Part shown: positions 29,438 through 40,125 of the stretch, piece by piece
How positions within the stretch are numbered: the stretch's first letter is position 1
Layout: each line of letters starts with the position of its first letter
Assembly: GCA_038883655.1 (NCBI GenBank)
Contig: JAVZLQ010000003.1
Span: 96,001-160,000 of the forward strand
Length of the DNA: 64,000 nt
Source of the DNA: Candidatus Bathyarchaeia archaeon
GTDB lineage: Archaea; Thermoproteota; Bathyarchaeia; Bathyarchaeales; Bathycorpusculaceae
Direction: 5' to 3'
Translations under genes and position numbers: made by a program
Notes under the pieces: generated by a model
The model's input: the letters and a program-made list of their open reading frames with translations, nothing else
Told to the model about the DNA's origin: nothing
The model's database searches: none

Positions 29438-31090
29438 ATGGCTTACTTAACAACAACACAGTCGGGACAACCAGTACTCATCCTAAAAGAGGGGACCACG
29501 CGCAGTAGAGGAAGAGAAGCCCAAAGAAACAACATAATGGCCGCACGCATTATAGGCGAAGTGCTAAAAACAACTCTTGGACCACGCGGAATGGACAAAA
29601 TGCTCATTGACAGTTTAGGCGACATAACAATAACCAACGACGGCGCGGCGATCCTGGACGAAATAGAAGTGGAACACCCAGCGGCAAAAATGATGGTTGA
29701 AATAGCAAAAACCCAAGACGACATGGTAGGCGACGGAACAACAACCGCTGTGGTTTTGGCTGGCGAACTCCTCAAAAAAGCAGAAGAACTCCTAGACCAA
29801 AACATACACCCAACAATAATTGTAAGCGGCTACCGAAAAGCAGCCCAAAAAGCAATGGAAGTAATAAACAAAGTCGCTACGCTGGTAGATATCGAGGACA
29901 GAGAAACGCTCAAAAAAGTAGCATTAACATCAATGGCAAGCAAAGCCGTCGGACCAGCAAAAGAGCACCTAGCAGAAATAGCCATAGACGCAGTTAAACA
30001 AATAGCAGAAAAACGCGGAGAACGCATGGTCGCAGACATAGACAACATCCAAATAATAAAGAAAACAGGAAAAAGCCTCTTCGAAACTCAGCTTGTCAGA
30101 GGCCTAATAATAGACAAGGAAGTCGTTCACCCTGGAATGCCCAAAAAAGTGGAAAATGCAAAAATCGCGCTCTTGGACTGCCCACTAGAAATCGAAAAGA
30201 CGGAGTTCAGCGCAGAAATCCGCATACGAGACCCAGCCCAAATGAAAGCCTTTCTAGACCAAGAAACAAAAATGCTCAAAGAGATGGTTGACAAAATAAA
30301 GGCTTCAGGCGCAAACGTGGTCTTCTGTCAAAAAGGCATAGACGATATGGCTCAACACTTCCTAGCAAAAGAAGGAATACTAGCAGCGAGACGCATAAAA
30401 CAGTCAGACATGGAAAAACTCGCAAGAGCGACAGGTGGAAGAATAATCACAGACCTTGACGACTTAACAGCGCAAGACCTTGGCGAGGCTGGACTTGTTG
30501 AAGAACGAAAAATCGGAGAAGACAAAATGATTTTTGTGGAAAAATGCCGAGACCCACGCTCAGTTGCGATACTTATCCGTGCTGGACTTGAAAGAATGGT
30601 TGACGAGGCAGAGAGAGCCTTAACAGACGCCTTGTCGGTGGTTTCAGACGTGATAGAAAACAACAAGATTGTTGCTGGCGGAGGCGCGGTAGAAGTCGAA
30701 ATAGCAAAGGAACTCCGCGACTACGCCACGAAAGTCGGTGGGCGCGAACAATTGGCAATAGAAGCCTTCGCAGACGCAATAGAAATAATACCGAAAACGC
30801 TGGCTGAAAACGCAGGACTAGAACCAATAGACATAATCGTAGAACTAAGGGCTAATCACGAGAAAAAAGACGGTGTGCACATGGGTGTAAACGTCTTTAC
30901 AGGAAAAGTTGAAAATATGCGAGAAAACGGCGTAGTTGAACCGCTAGTCGTTAAAGAACAAGCAGTAAAAAGCGCTGCAGAATCCGCCTCAATGATACTG
31001 CGCATAGACGACGTAATAGCAGCAACAAAACCAAAAGAAGAGAAGGGACCAGAAAAACCGCCAGGTGAAGGCGAAAGCGAAGAATACTGA
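29438..31090 (+). CDS. Thermosome subunit (group II chaperonin), copy 2
   Basis: [22 protein letters not shown]; SD GGAGG upstream. Confidence 0.97.
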   Translation: MAYLTTTQSGQPVLILKEGTTRSRGREAQRNNIMAARIIGEVLKTTLGPRGMDKMLIDSLGDITITNDGAAILDEIEVEHPAAKMMVEIAKTQDDMVGDGTTTAVVLAGELLKKAEELLDQNIHPTIIVSGYRKAAQKAMEVINKVATLVDIEDRETLKKVALTSMASKAVGPAKEHLAEIAIDAVKQIAEKRGERMVADIDNIQIIKKTGKSLFETQLVRGLIIDKEVVHPGMPKKVENAKIALLDCPLEIEKTEFSAEIRIRDPAQMKAFLDQETKMLKEMVDKIKASGANVVFCQKGIDDMAQHFLAKEGILAARRIKQSDMEKLARATGGRIITDLDDLTAQDLGEAGLVEERKIGEDKMIFVEKCRDPRSVAILIRAGLERMVDEAERALTDALSVVSDVIENNKIVAGGGAVEVEIAKELRDYATKVGGREQLAIEAFADAIEIIPKTLAENAGLEPIDIIVELRANHEKKDGVHMGVNVFTGKVENMRENGVVEPLVVKEQAVKSAAESASMILRIDDVIAATKPKEEKGPEKPPGEGESEEY

Positions 31091-31215
31091 TTCCAGTTTT
31101 AAATAATCCCCTTTTTCTATCCGCACTTTATTCTTGATTTTGAGTCTGTCTTATATTAATAATCCATAAAATATATATGATGGAAATCTTGGAAAGTTTG
31201 GAAAAGTGGTGAAAA

Positions 31216-33528
31216 ATGAGAAAGTGCGCTACACTCTTTGCCATCGTCTCCTTGTTCTTGTCTTTGATGGTTATCGTGCACATGGATGTTCCATCTGTCA
31301 GAGCTGCAGACATGTTCTATTATGGAGACTTGATACTTAACGGAAACAACGTCACTATAATCGACAATCAAATTCTCCACATAAACGGCAGCATAATTAT
31401 CACAGAAAATGCCACGCTGATAGTGCGCAATCATGGAGGCATAAACTTTACGCAACAATACAGCGACCAATTTAACATGACTCTCAAAAACCCTGCTAAT
31501 GGAAATCCACGACTCATAATAGAAAATTACAGCGGCATAACAGGAGGCAATTATTTTCTAACCTTGTATTTTTATGGCAACAGTACACTAGAGACATATC
31601 AAGCCACCACCCCTGAAAACGTCATTTTCATCTTCTACGACTCTTCTGTTGCCAACATCACCGAGTCCGAGTTTTGGAGTATTTACGCCCATACTAACAC
31701 AGTCCTCCACATAACAAATGCTTGGATAAATTATGTCTTTCTTTATGGCAACGCAAAAGCCACCATAAGCAACACAGAAATTTATAACAGACTTTTCGCC
31801 GGCGTCTTCTCTGAAGTCGTTATTTCAAATTGTGATATAAGCAATGCAGAAGCTCGTTATCATGTGAAATGTTACATTTACGATTCACTAATTGACAATG
31901 CAACATTATATGACGATGCAAGAGCATGGGTTTTTAACACAACCGTGACTAATGGAAGAGCATACAACAATTCCATTGCCTACATATACTACTACCTTGA
32001 TGTTCACGTAACAGACCTTGTTGGGCAAGATGTTCCTTCAGCGAATGTTACTGCATATGACGTTGAAAACGTTTTAGTGGATTCGAAACTAACTGGAACT
32101 GATGGAAAGGCAAGATTAACGTTAATGATTGGTTTCGCCAACGAGACAGACTTTTACTGGACAGGAGCATACACGGTTGTGACGCATTACATGGAATGCT
32201 CAAACTCAACATCAGTAGACATGTATGGCAATACGGAAATAGAAGTAAAATTAAACTTATTTTACAGCTACCCCGCAAGCTACAATGGCGATATTATCCT
32301 CAGAGACAACGAATGTTTATGTGTAAATGGGCTGCTTAACCTCAACGGCAGCATAATCGCTGAAGAGAACGCGACGCTAATACTGCGTAACGCGTGGATA
32401 AACTTTACACAAACAGGTAATTACCAGTTCACAATGACGTGTCGAGGAAACGCTAGTCTCATATTGGAAAACAGCAACATAACATCAGATTATTCCTTCA
32501 ATATACAATTTGAAGGCAATAGCACAGCAACAATAGATGGTCTATTAACAAATGCCTTTATGCTTACTTTCATGCAACACTCATCAGCAGACATCACCAA
32601 TTCAATGCTACAAAAGAACTTGTACGTTTACGGCCCCGCGAAAGTTTCCGCTTCAAACTGCACAATAGACAGAAGCGTTGTACTTTTATACAACGCAGAA
32701 TGTGTTTTCTCAAACTGCACAATAAACGACTGGATAAGCATAACAGTATCTTACGCAAACGTCACAATAGCGGACTTAGAACCAGGCTACATAAACTACT
32801 GGAACTTTCTGGAAAACTGTTCTGTCGAAGTCTATCCAACAGGCTATGCTCCAAACGTGACAATAATCGAAACAAATGTTGCTGATGGATTGGCCCTGCA
32901 CTGCTATGGCTCCTCAAACATAACAATCTTTAGATCCACGCTCTTTACTCTCTACTTCTACGAGTCAACAAAGGCTGAAATTTACAATTCAAAAGTCACC
33001 GTCTTCATAGGCACCAATGAAAACGCTTATTGCTATCTAGAAGATACAGAAACATACTACCTACACTTATATGGTAACTCAAGAGTCTGGGCTTTCAACG
33101 CAACAATACACATCACTCCAAACATTTACGATAACGCCAAGCTCTACGTAGGCTGGTTGCTAAAAATACACGTAATAGACCAAGCTCAACCTCCAAACGA
33201 TGTCCCGAACGCAAACGTGACAATAACTGCCCCAGGATTTGGCACAGTCGCTTATGGCAAAACACAATCAAACGGCTGGGCAGCCTTCAATCTGCTAGAA
33301 AAAATAGTCAACGCAACAGGAACAGAATATGAATTTGGACCATACACCATAGAAGCAGACTACGAAGGACACTACAACAGCGAAACCGTAACAATGAACG
33401 GAAACCAAGAGATAACTATAACACTACCATTCATAATACCAGAATTCACCCTACAAATAATGCTAGCAACACTAATAGCACTAACACTCACAACACTGCT
33501 ATACAAAAGAAAACAAAACCGCAAATAA
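31216..33528 (+). CDS. Secreted beta-helix surface glycoprotein with internal duplication and PEF-CTERM-like anchor
   Basis: Signal peptide; two (beta-helix + carboxypeptidase-regulatory-like) units; many N-x-S/T sequons; ends IPEF-TM-KRKQNRK. Confidence 0.75.
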   Translation: MRKCATLFAIVSLFLSLMVIVHMDVPSVRAADMFYYGDLILNGNNVTIIDNQILHINGSIIITENATLIVRNHGGINFTQQYSDQFNMTLKNPANGNPRLIIENYSGITGGNYFLTLYFYGNSTLETYQATTPENVIFIFYDSSVANITESEFWSIYAHTNTVLHITNAWINYVFLYGNAKATISNTEIYNRLFAGVFSEVVISNCDISNAEARYHVKCYIYDSLIDNATLYDDARAWVFNTTVTNGRAYNNSIAYIYYYLDVHVTDLVGQDVPSANVTAYDVENVLVDSKLTGTDGKARLTLMIGFANETDFYWTGAYTVVTHYMECSNSTSVDMYGNTEIEVKLNLFYSYPASYNGDIILRDNECLCVNGLLNLNGSIIAEENATLILRNAWINFTQTGNYQFTMTCRGNASLILENSNITSDYSFNIQFEGNSTATIDGLLTNAFMLTFMQHSSADITNSMLQKNLYVYGPAKVSASNCTIDRSVVLLYNAECVFSNCTINDWISITVSYANVTIADLEPGYINYWNFLENCSVEVYPTGYAPNVTIIETNVADGLALHCYGSSNITIFRSTLFTLYFYESTKAEIYNSKVTVFIGTNENAYCYLEDTETYYLHLYGNSRVWAFNATIHITPNIYDNAKLYVGWLLKIHVIDQAQPPNDVPNANVTITAPGFGTVAYGKTQSNGWAAFNLLEKIVNATGTEYEFGPYTIEADYEGHYNSETVTMNGNQEITITLPFIIPEFTLQIMLATLIALTLTTLLYKRKQNRK

Positions 33529-33622
33529 ACCCAAAACTTTTTCTCCCACAACCTTTTCAAAACCAAAAAGAAGCACCCATATACTAAAATATACTAAAAA
33601 CCAAAAATTAACTACTGAAAAA

Positions 33623-33697
33623 GCTCCGGTAGTATAGTCCGGTCAAGTATAGCGGCCTCTCGAGCCGCGGACCCGGGTTCAAATCCCGGCCGGAGCA
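33623..33697 (+). tRNA. tRNA-Glu (anticodon CTC), intronless, CCA not encoded
   Basis: Acceptor GCTCCGG/CCGGAGC; anticodon arm GCGGC-CT-CTC-GA-GCCGC; T-arm CCGGG-TTCAAAT-CCCGG. Confidence 0.96.
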
Positions 33698-33825
33698 TTT
33701 CTATTCTTTAACCGGAATGCTCGGTTGAAAGTTTGTCAGAGTAAAGTTAAATTAGGTTTGTTCCTATTGAAGGTTACTTTAACAGCATCGCATAATGAGC
33801 TGGGCATGCTGGGGGAAGATGATGT

Positions 33826-34044
33826 TTGGGAAGTGTGCGGACAGAACAAATTAAGCGGGTGGCTAGGGAGCTCCTTAGACGTTTTCCAGATAAGTTTTCA
33901 AATGATTTTGAGCATAACAAGCGTGTGGTAAGCATGCTCACGCAGGGGGCAACGATTAAGGTGCGGAATCAAGTTGCTGGTTATATAACGCATGCGCTTG
34001 CTGGATCGGTACCGCAAAATCAAGAGGGGGGAAAAAGCGAATAA
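33826..34044 (+). CDS. rps17e: 30S ribosomal protein S17e
   Basis: MGSVRTEQIKR..F..DFEHNKR..KVRNQVAGYIT. Confidence 0.93.
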   Translation: MGSVRTEQIKRVARELLRRFPDKFSNDFEHNKRVVSMLTQGATIKVRNQVAGYITHALAGSVPQNQEGGKSE

Positions 34045-34096
34045 CGTTATTAAGATACTATGTCAAATTTTGAAATTGCCATAAAAGAGGAGAAAA

Positions 34097-34474
34097 ATGA
34101 TGATGGACGCTTACAGAAAAGGGTGGGCGCTTAGGTATCTACGTGAAGCCAAAGCAGAACTTGAAGCAGCGAGGAAAATGCCCTACATGGCTCCAAGCCT
34201 CATTATCGAGGCTATTAGAAAAGCCCGCAACGCGATTTATTACAGCCTAGGAGAACCAGCTTTCATAGAAATAGTTGTAAGAGAAGCTGTGGAAAGGGCA
34301 AAACCAATTGAAGATCCATTCCTACGTTTTCTCATAGGTATGGAAGAGATGATGCAACAGCTAGCGCAAGTGGAAGGGGTCGATGGTGAAAAGGCGATAA
34401 AAAGGGCTGACAGCCTAATCCAGGCAGCATCAGACATCGTGGAAACAATGACTGGAGAAAAAATAGAAGATTAA
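34097..34474 (+). CDS. Hypothetical all-helical protein, possibly a degenerate HEPN fold
   Basis: SD GAGGAG; N-terminal 'ALRYLREAKAELEAA' resembles HEPN helix 1. Confidence 0.5.
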   Translation: MMMDAYRKGWALRYLREAKAELEAARKMPYMAPSLIIEAIRKARNAIYYSLGEPAFIEIVVREAVERAKPIEDPFLRFLIGMEEMMQQLAQVEGVDGEKAIKRADSLIQAASDIVETMTGEKIED

Positions 34475-34484
34475 AACGCGCTAC

Positions 34485-35666
34485 CTATCTGTTTTTAAGG
34501 AAATGCGCTATTCTATCCAGAGCCTTCTTTATGTTCTCGATGGAATTTGCAAAGGACAAACGCAAATAGCCCTCACCATACTCCCCAAACGATGTGCCGG
34601 GCAAAACTGCAACTCCAGCCTCTTTAAGCAAGCGATCTCCAAACTCGCGGCAACTCATCCCGGTTCCAACTATGTTCGGAAAGACGTAGAAGGCTCCACG
34701 AGGCTTCTTACACGTTATGCCCTCAATCTGGTTCAATCCGGAAACTATGACTTCTCGGCGCTTTTTGAATTCGGCGACCATCTTTTCAACAGCGTCTTGC
34801 GGTCCCCTTAAGGCTTCAACACCGGCCATCTGGACAAACGCGCATGTGCACGAGTTCGAGTTTATCATGAGTTGGGTAACCTTTTGTGCTAAGTCTTTGC
34901 GCATTACACCATAGCCGAGCCTCCAGCCAGTCATGGCGTAGGTTTTTGAGAAGCCATCCAAGATTATGGTTTTCTCCTTCATTCCTGGAAGCGACGCAAT
35001 GCTTTCGTGTTCGCCTTCATAGATTATTCTGCTGTAAATTTCATCTGAAAGAACGAGGATATCGTCCCTATCAGCAATGCAGTCAGCGATAAACCTTAAA
35101 TCGTCTCTTGTTAGAACGCCGCCAGTTGGGTTTTCAGGCGAATTCAAAATGATCATTTTAGTTTTCTTTGTCAATTTCTTCTTAAAATCTTCATGGTCAA
35201 GCCTAAAATCGTTCTTCTCCAAAAGTGGTATTGGCACTGGTTTTGCTCCAACAAAGTTTATCACTGATTCGTAAATTGGAAAGCCTGGGTTAGGATACAT
35301 GACCTCTTCGCCTTCGTTTACGCATGCGAGAATGCTGAAAAACATGATTGGCTTTGCACCAGGCGTCACAACGACCTCTTCAGGGTCAACCTCTATCCGT
35401 CTAGTTTTGGAGACATATTCAGTTATTGCCTCGCGCAGTTCTGGAATTCCAGCGGCTGGGACATAATGTGTATAACCAGAATAAAGCGCCTTCACGGCAG
35501 CCTCTTTTATGTTCTTTGGCGTGTCAAAGTCTGGCTCGCCGATCTCTAGGTGAATAACTTCCTTTCCTTGTTTTTCTAGTGCTTTGGCTTTTGCGAGAAC
35601 TTCGAAGGCTGTTTCTGTTCCGAGAGTATCCATCCTCTTCGCAAAGATAGAGCGCACACAAACCAC
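34485..35666 (-). CDS. PLP-dependent class I/II (aspartate-type) aminotransferase
   Basis: IGEPDF, NSPENPTG, SDEIY, GFSKTYAMTGWRLG. Confidence 0.93.
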   Translation of the reverse strand: MVCVRSIFAKRMDTLGTETAFEVLAKAKALEKQGKEVIHLEIGEPDFDTPKNIKEAAVKALYSGYTHYVPAAGIPELREAITEYVSKTRRIEVDPEEVVVTPGAKPIMFFSILACVNEGEEVMYPNPGFPIYESVINFVGAKPVPIPLLEKNDFRLDHEDFKKKLTKKTKMIILNSPENPTGGVLTRDDLRFIADCIADRDDILVLSDEIYSRIIYEGEHESIASLPGMKEKTIILDGFSKTYAMTGWRLGYGVMRKDLAQKVTQLMINSNSCTCAFVQMAGVEALRGPQDAVEKMVAEFKKRREVIVSGLNQIEGITCKKPRGAFYVFPNIVGTGMSCREFGDRLLKEAGVAVLPGTSFGEYGEGYLRLSFANSIENIKKALDRIAHFLKNR

Positions 35667-35747
35667 CTTTTCGCTCCTAACAGAAGGTTAAAGGTAAAAA
35701 TTAATGGGATATTTAACCCTTACAGTGCGGCAAACACCAAACTCATG

Positions 35748-36761
35748 TTAAAACAGTTTTTTTAATGGACGAACTTTCATTACGTCTGGATTGACAAGGT
35801 TCGGCGGCGTTTTTCCTTTAAAGAAGGCTACAAGATTTTCGGCAACCATCTCAGCCATTCTGCTTCGCGTTTCATAGCTCGCACTTGAAATGTGCGGGGC
35901 AACAACAACATTGTCAAGTTTAAGCAGAGGATTATCAACAGGCGTTGGCTCCTGCTCAAAAACGTCAAGCCCAGCGCCCGCTATTCTGCCCTCCTTTAGT
36001 GCTTCGTATAGGGCTTTTTCGTCGATGACTGGCCCTCTGGCGTTGTTGATTAGGTAGGCTGTTTTCTTCATAAGCCTAAGCTTTTCCGCGTTTATCATGT
36101 GATACGTTTCCTTCATCAGCGGAACGTGTATGCTGACGAAGTCTGACTCCTTTAAAAGCGTATCCAAATCGACACGTTTCGCGTCGAGTTCCTTCTCCAT
36201 CTCTGGTCTTGGCACAACATCGTAGTATAAGATTTTCATGTTGAAGCCCTTAGCCCTCTTCGCAACTGCATACCCGATCCTTCCAGCGCCAACAATTCCT
36301 ATGGTAGCGCCGTGAACATCCCTACCCAAGAGCATGCTGGGATGCCATCCAACCTTCCACTGTCCAGTGCGCACGTATTTGTCAGCTTCAACAACGCGCC
36401 TCGCAACAGCCATGAGCAAGGCCCAAGCGAAATCAGCCGTTGTGTCGGTTAAAACCTCTGGCGTGTTAGTCACGTATATGCCTCGTTTTGTAGCTTCTTG
36501 TATGTCGATGTTGTCAAAGCCGACAGCCATCTGAGAAACTATTTTCAGCTTTGGCGCAGCGTCAAAAACTTCAGCGTCAATCTTGTCTGACAAAAGCGAA
36601 ACAAGACCATCAATGTCCCTAACTTTCTCAATTATCACCTTTTTAGGTGGTGGCGCATATTCAGGCCAAACTTCAGCGTCGAAATGCTCCCTAATTATTT
36701 TTAGGCCTCTTTCTGGAAGTTCACGTGTAACATAAACTTTTGGTTTAGGCATGGAGTTCAC
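35748..36761 (-). CDS. gyaR: Glyoxylate/hydroxypyruvate reductase
   Basis: [38 protein letters not shown]. Confidence 0.88.
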   Translation of the reverse strand: MNSMPKPKVYVTRELPERGLKIIREHFDAEVWPEYAPPPKKVIIEKVRDIDGLVSLLSDKIDAEVFDAAPKLKIVSQMAVGFDNIDIQEATKRGIYVTNTPEVLTDTTADFAWALLMAVARRVVEADKYVRTGQWKVGWHPSMLLGRDVHGATIGIVGAGRIGYAVAKRAKGFNMKILYYDVVPRPEMEKELDAKRVDLDTLLKESDFVSIHVPLMKETYHMINAEKLRLMKKTAYLINNARGPVIDEKALYEALKEGRIAGAGLDVFEQEPTPVDNPLLKLDNVVVAPHISSASYETRSRMAEMVAENLVAFFKGKTPPNLVNPDVMKVRPLKKLF

Positions 36762-36848
36762 CGTTTAAATGTTGTAATTCTTTTATTAATGAGCTGTTTA
36801 TTACACTTACGCAACGCAAAACCTAAAGTCTATGATGGGCTATGAGAA

Positions 36849-38225
36849 ATGATAAAAATAAAAAATATGGATGAGCTTACCGAAAACGGCGAAAAAAGGC
36901 TTGATAAGAAGGCTAGGGCATTGGCCCTAAAGAGTCTTGAAAAAGCGTTGAACACTGTTGACCCCAAGCAGATAATAAAGTCGCGAGTTTCCTTAAAAAA
37001 CTCGACACTTTATGTTGACAAATATTCATTTAACCTAAAAGGGTTTAGAAATGTATATGTTATAGGCGGTGGCAAGGCAAGCGGTTCAATGGCTGAAGCG
37101 CTTGAAAGGATTTTGGGCGGTCGAATCAATGATGGAATTGTAAACGTTCCATACAACAGCAAAAGCAGAACGCGCATAATTAAAATTCATAGTGCAAGCC
37201 ATCCAATTCCAGACGAGAAAGGTGTGGAAGGAACAGGGCGGATGTTGGAGATAGCTGAAAATGCGGATGAGAAGGACTTGATTATATGCCTGATTTCTGG
37301 CGGCGGTTCAAGTCTTATGCCCATGCCTCGAAACGGGATATCATTGGCGGATAAACGCGAAATAACCGACGCCTTGCTGAAATGTGGCGCGACAATAAAC
37401 GAGATTAACACTGTGCGCAAGCATATCTCGGATTTTAAGGGTGGGTGGCTCGCGAAAAAGGCTTACCCAGCAACAATAATAAACCTAATTTTATCCGACG
37501 TGGTTGGCGACCCATTAGACTTCATTGCGTCTGGACCAACAGTCCCAGATTCAACAACATTCACAGACGCAATAAACGTCCTAAAAAAGTATAACCTTTG
37601 GGAAAAAGTCCCAGAATCCATACGCAGAGTTTTAACAGACGGAGAAAAGGGAATAATTCCAGAAACACCAAAGGAAGGCGACGAAGCCTTCAAAAAAGTA
37701 TTCAACATTGTTGTTGGAAACAATAGGCTTGCAAGCCAAAAAGCAAAGGAATACCTCGCATCTCAAAGGTTAAACACGCTTTTGCTGACGACAACGCTTG
37801 AGGGAGAAGCCAGACATATTGGGACAATGCTGTCCGCAATAGCCAACGAGATTGCAAAAAGTGGTAACCCTATTGCGAAACCGGCTGGCATAATCGCTGG
37901 CGGAGAAACAACAGTTACAGTTGTAGGCAAAGGCATTGGTGGAAGAAACCAGGAAATTGCTTTGTCAGCCGCAAAAAAGCTAAGTGGCATGGAAGGCGCA
38001 GTAATAGCCTCGCTAAGCACAGACGGTATCGACGGACCCACAGATGCTGCTGGAGCGATTGTGGATGGAAAAACGTTAGCGAAAGCACGTGGGATGGGGC
38101 TTGACCCAGAAAAGTTTCTGGCTGAAAATGATTCCTATCACTTTTTTGCCGAGCTCGGCGATTTAATTTTCACTGGGCCAACTGGAACAAACGTCAACGA
38201 CATTTCCGTCATAGTAGTCCTATAA
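36849..38225 (+). CDS. Glycerate 2-kinase (MOFRL family)
   Basis: GGGKAS, HPIPD, ISGGGSSL, SDVVGD, GGETTV, GGRNQE, TGTNVND. Confidence 0.93.
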   Translation: MIKIKNMDELTENGEKRLDKKARALALKSLEKALNTVDPKQIIKSRVSLKNSTLYVDKYSFNLKGFRNVYVIGGGKASGSMAEALERILGGRINDGIVNVPYNSKSRTRIIKIHSASHPIPDEKGVEGTGRMLEIAENADEKDLIICLISGGGSSLMPMPRNGISLADKREITDALLKCGATINEINTVRKHISDFKGGWLAKKAYPATIINLILSDVVGDPLDFIASGPTVPDSTTFTDAINVLKKYNLWEKVPESIRRVLTDGEKGIIPETPKEGDEAFKKVFNIVVGNNRLASQKAKEYLASQRLNTLLLTTTLEGEARHIGTMLSAIANEIAKSGNPIAKPAGIIAGGETTVTVVGKGIGGRNQEIALSAAKKLSGMEGAVIASLSTDGIDGPTDAAGAIVDGKTLAKARGMGLDPEKFLAENDSYHFFAELGDLIFTGPTGTNVNDISVIVVL

Positions 38226-38241
38226 GCGGATGTGAAAGAGA

Positions 38242-38526
38242 ATGGCTGTTACTTTCAAATTTGTTGGTGCTTTCCGAAGCCTTGCTGGAAAGGAAAAGCA
38301 AACATTACGCATTAGAGAAGTTATTTCATTGCGAGAAGCGCTGTGGAAAATTGTGGAAAAAGAAAAGCAGCTCAAAAGGGCGCTTATTGACCCGGAGTTA
38401 GAAGACCCGCGTCCTAATGCGCTTATACTTGTGAATGGAAAGGAAATCAGCATCTTGAACGGTTTAGACACTGTTCTGGCGGACGGCGACGAAGTTGTGC
38501 TCGTCCCAGTTATTCATGGAGGATAA
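38242..38526 (+). CDS. MoaD/ThiS/SAMP ubiquitin-like protein
   Basis: LILVNGKEI..L.DGDEVVLVPVIHGG. Confidence 0.88.
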   Translation: MAVTFKFVGAFRSLAGKEKQTLRIREVISLREALWKIVEKEKQLKRALIDPELEDPRPNALILVNGKEISILNGLDTVLADGDEVVLVPVIHGG

Positions 38527-38528
38527 AA

Positions 38529-39290
38529 ATGGAACTTTACGCTATAAAAACGGAGACGGTGAAAGTTGGCGACGACCTCGCTGAACTTATTCTTGAATCT
38601 ATCGAGAAACAGAACTTACAGCTGCAGGACAATGACATTATAGTTTTAACTTCAAAAATTCTGGCTTACGCGCAAGGACGCGTAGTAAAGCTTGCAGACG
38701 TAATGCCTTCAGTGGACGCGCATAAACTTGCAGAAAAATATTCGCTGCAGCCAGAACTTGCGGAGCTAATTCTACGCGAAGCAGAGAAAATCTACGGCGG
38801 AGTAACGCGAGCTGTTTTAACGCTTAAAGATGGAGTTCTAACGGCAAACGCTGGAATAGACAACAAAAATGCTCCGAACAATTATGTTGCATTATGGCCC
38901 CAAGACCCTAAGAAGTGGGCGGAACAAATTAGAATGAAAATAAAACAAAAAACTGGCAAACGAATTGCTGTGCTGATAATTGACAGTGGCTTAACACCGC
39001 TTAGGAAAGGCACGATAGGCGTCGCGTTGGCAGTTTCAGGGTTTAAGCCCATCAAGGATTACAGGGGAGAGAGGGATATCTATGGAAAGCCCATAGTCAT
39101 CACTCAAAATGCAGTTGCGGATGACATGGCTTGCGCGGCACAATTAATGATGGGGGAGGCTGCAGAAAAAACGCCGGTAGTTTTGGTTAGAAATGCGCCA
39201 GTTGAGTTTGAAGAAAAAAGCTATGGACCAAAAGATATGATGATGCCTTTTGAAGAATGCATTTTTATGGGAAGTCTCAAAATAAAGTAG
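38529..39290 (+). CDS. cofE: Coenzyme F420-0:L-glutamate ligase
   Basis: GDDL, TSK, ANAGIDNKN, IIDS..PLRKG, RDIYG, MGEAAEKTP. Confidence 0.85.
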   Translation: MELYAIKTETVKVGDDLAELILESIEKQNLQLQDNDIIVLTSKILAYAQGRVVKLADVMPSVDAHKLAEKYSLQPELAELILREAEKIYGGVTRAVLTLKDGVLTANAGIDNKNAPNNYVALWPQDPKKWAEQIRMKIKQKTGKRIAVLIIDSGLTPLRKGTIGVALAVSGFKPIKDYRGERDIYGKPIVITQNAVADDMACAAQLMMGEAAEKTPVVLVRNAPVEFEEKSYGPKDMMMPFEECIFMGSLKIK

Positions 39291-39293
39291 GCT

Positions 39294-40022
39294 TTACGAT
39301 TTATGCGCTTTCAAGAAGCTTGTTGAAACCAAAATTCTGTGTATTGGCAGTCCTAGCAAAGCCGCGCCAAACGCAATAAGCGTTCGCTCTATGGGATAGA
39401 TTAATGTTGTAGCTTGCCAAATTCCCTTCAAAACATCTGTGTTTACGGTTAAAGGCCAAGAAATAAACTCAAAAATCAGTGAACCCGCAATTTGTCCCGC
39501 TAAAGTTGCTGTTAAGAAGATTAGGAAAAAGCTGAAGAGCGCTTTTATGTTGGCGTCGGAATTTAGGTTCTTCAGTGCTACCGACTGGATCGGCGAGACT
39601 AGAATTATGAAGCCTACCAGTTGAAACCATAGCAGTGGCGGATAAAGCCAAACCGGACCAGCAAGCGGGTAGAAGGCAAACATGAAAAGCAGAGAGAAAT
39701 AAATGAAGGCGCATGCAAACCTTCTCCTAGAATATAATAAGCCAGCACATAAGGCGGTGACCACGCCAGCGGCGAGTCCCATTGGAGAAAAAAGTGGATT
39801 AAAGAATAACGCGATTATTCCTCCAAACAACGTGGAAATCGAGCCCAAATAGACCCCAAGAATCATGCCAATCACTGGCGCTGCAACGTTTGCGGCTGTT
39901 ATGACTTTGCTGAAAAAGCCGATTACTTGAGAAAGGGGTAGAAAAGAAAGCACCGCATATAATGCAGTGAATAACGCTGTTAGGGTCAGATCGAGTGTCG
40001 TCAGCCTATTTGTCGATCGCAT
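39294..40022 (-). CDS. Multi-TM membrane protein, ECF S-component-like
   Basis: About 7 hydrophobic helices; 'ALFTALYAVL..P..G.ILG..G' and 'YPIER' pattern. Confidence 0.6.
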   Translation of the reverse strand: MRSTNRLTTLDLTLTALFTALYAVLSFLPLSQVIGFFSKVITAANVAAPVIGMILGVYLGSISTLFGGIIALFFNPLFSPMGLAAGVVTALCAGLLYSRRRFACAFIYFSLLFMFAFYPLAGPVWLYPPLLWFQLVGFIILVSPIQSVALKNLNSDANIKALFSFFLIFLTATLAGQIAGSLIFEFISWPLTVNTDVLKGIWQATTLIYPIERTLIAFGAALLGLPIHRILVSTSFLKAHKS

Positions 40023-40125
40023 GTTCGCACTTCACGTAAGTGCTTATGCGACTTATGTTTTGTTGTTTATAAAGAGATAGCATTATCTTCTCCAGTTTAA
40101 ACATAAATTTTGGGAGCAGTGACCA

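Noticed and set aside
33575-33622. ATATACTAAA tandem duplication before the tRNA
   Set aside because: Two copies in an A/C-rich promoter region; low complexity
31216-33697. Integrated element at tRNA-Glu
   Set aside because: No integrase and no duplicated tRNA end (att site) seen
33623-33697. tRNA intron or split tRNA
   Set aside because: Continuous canonical 75-nt cloverleaf with no BHB motif
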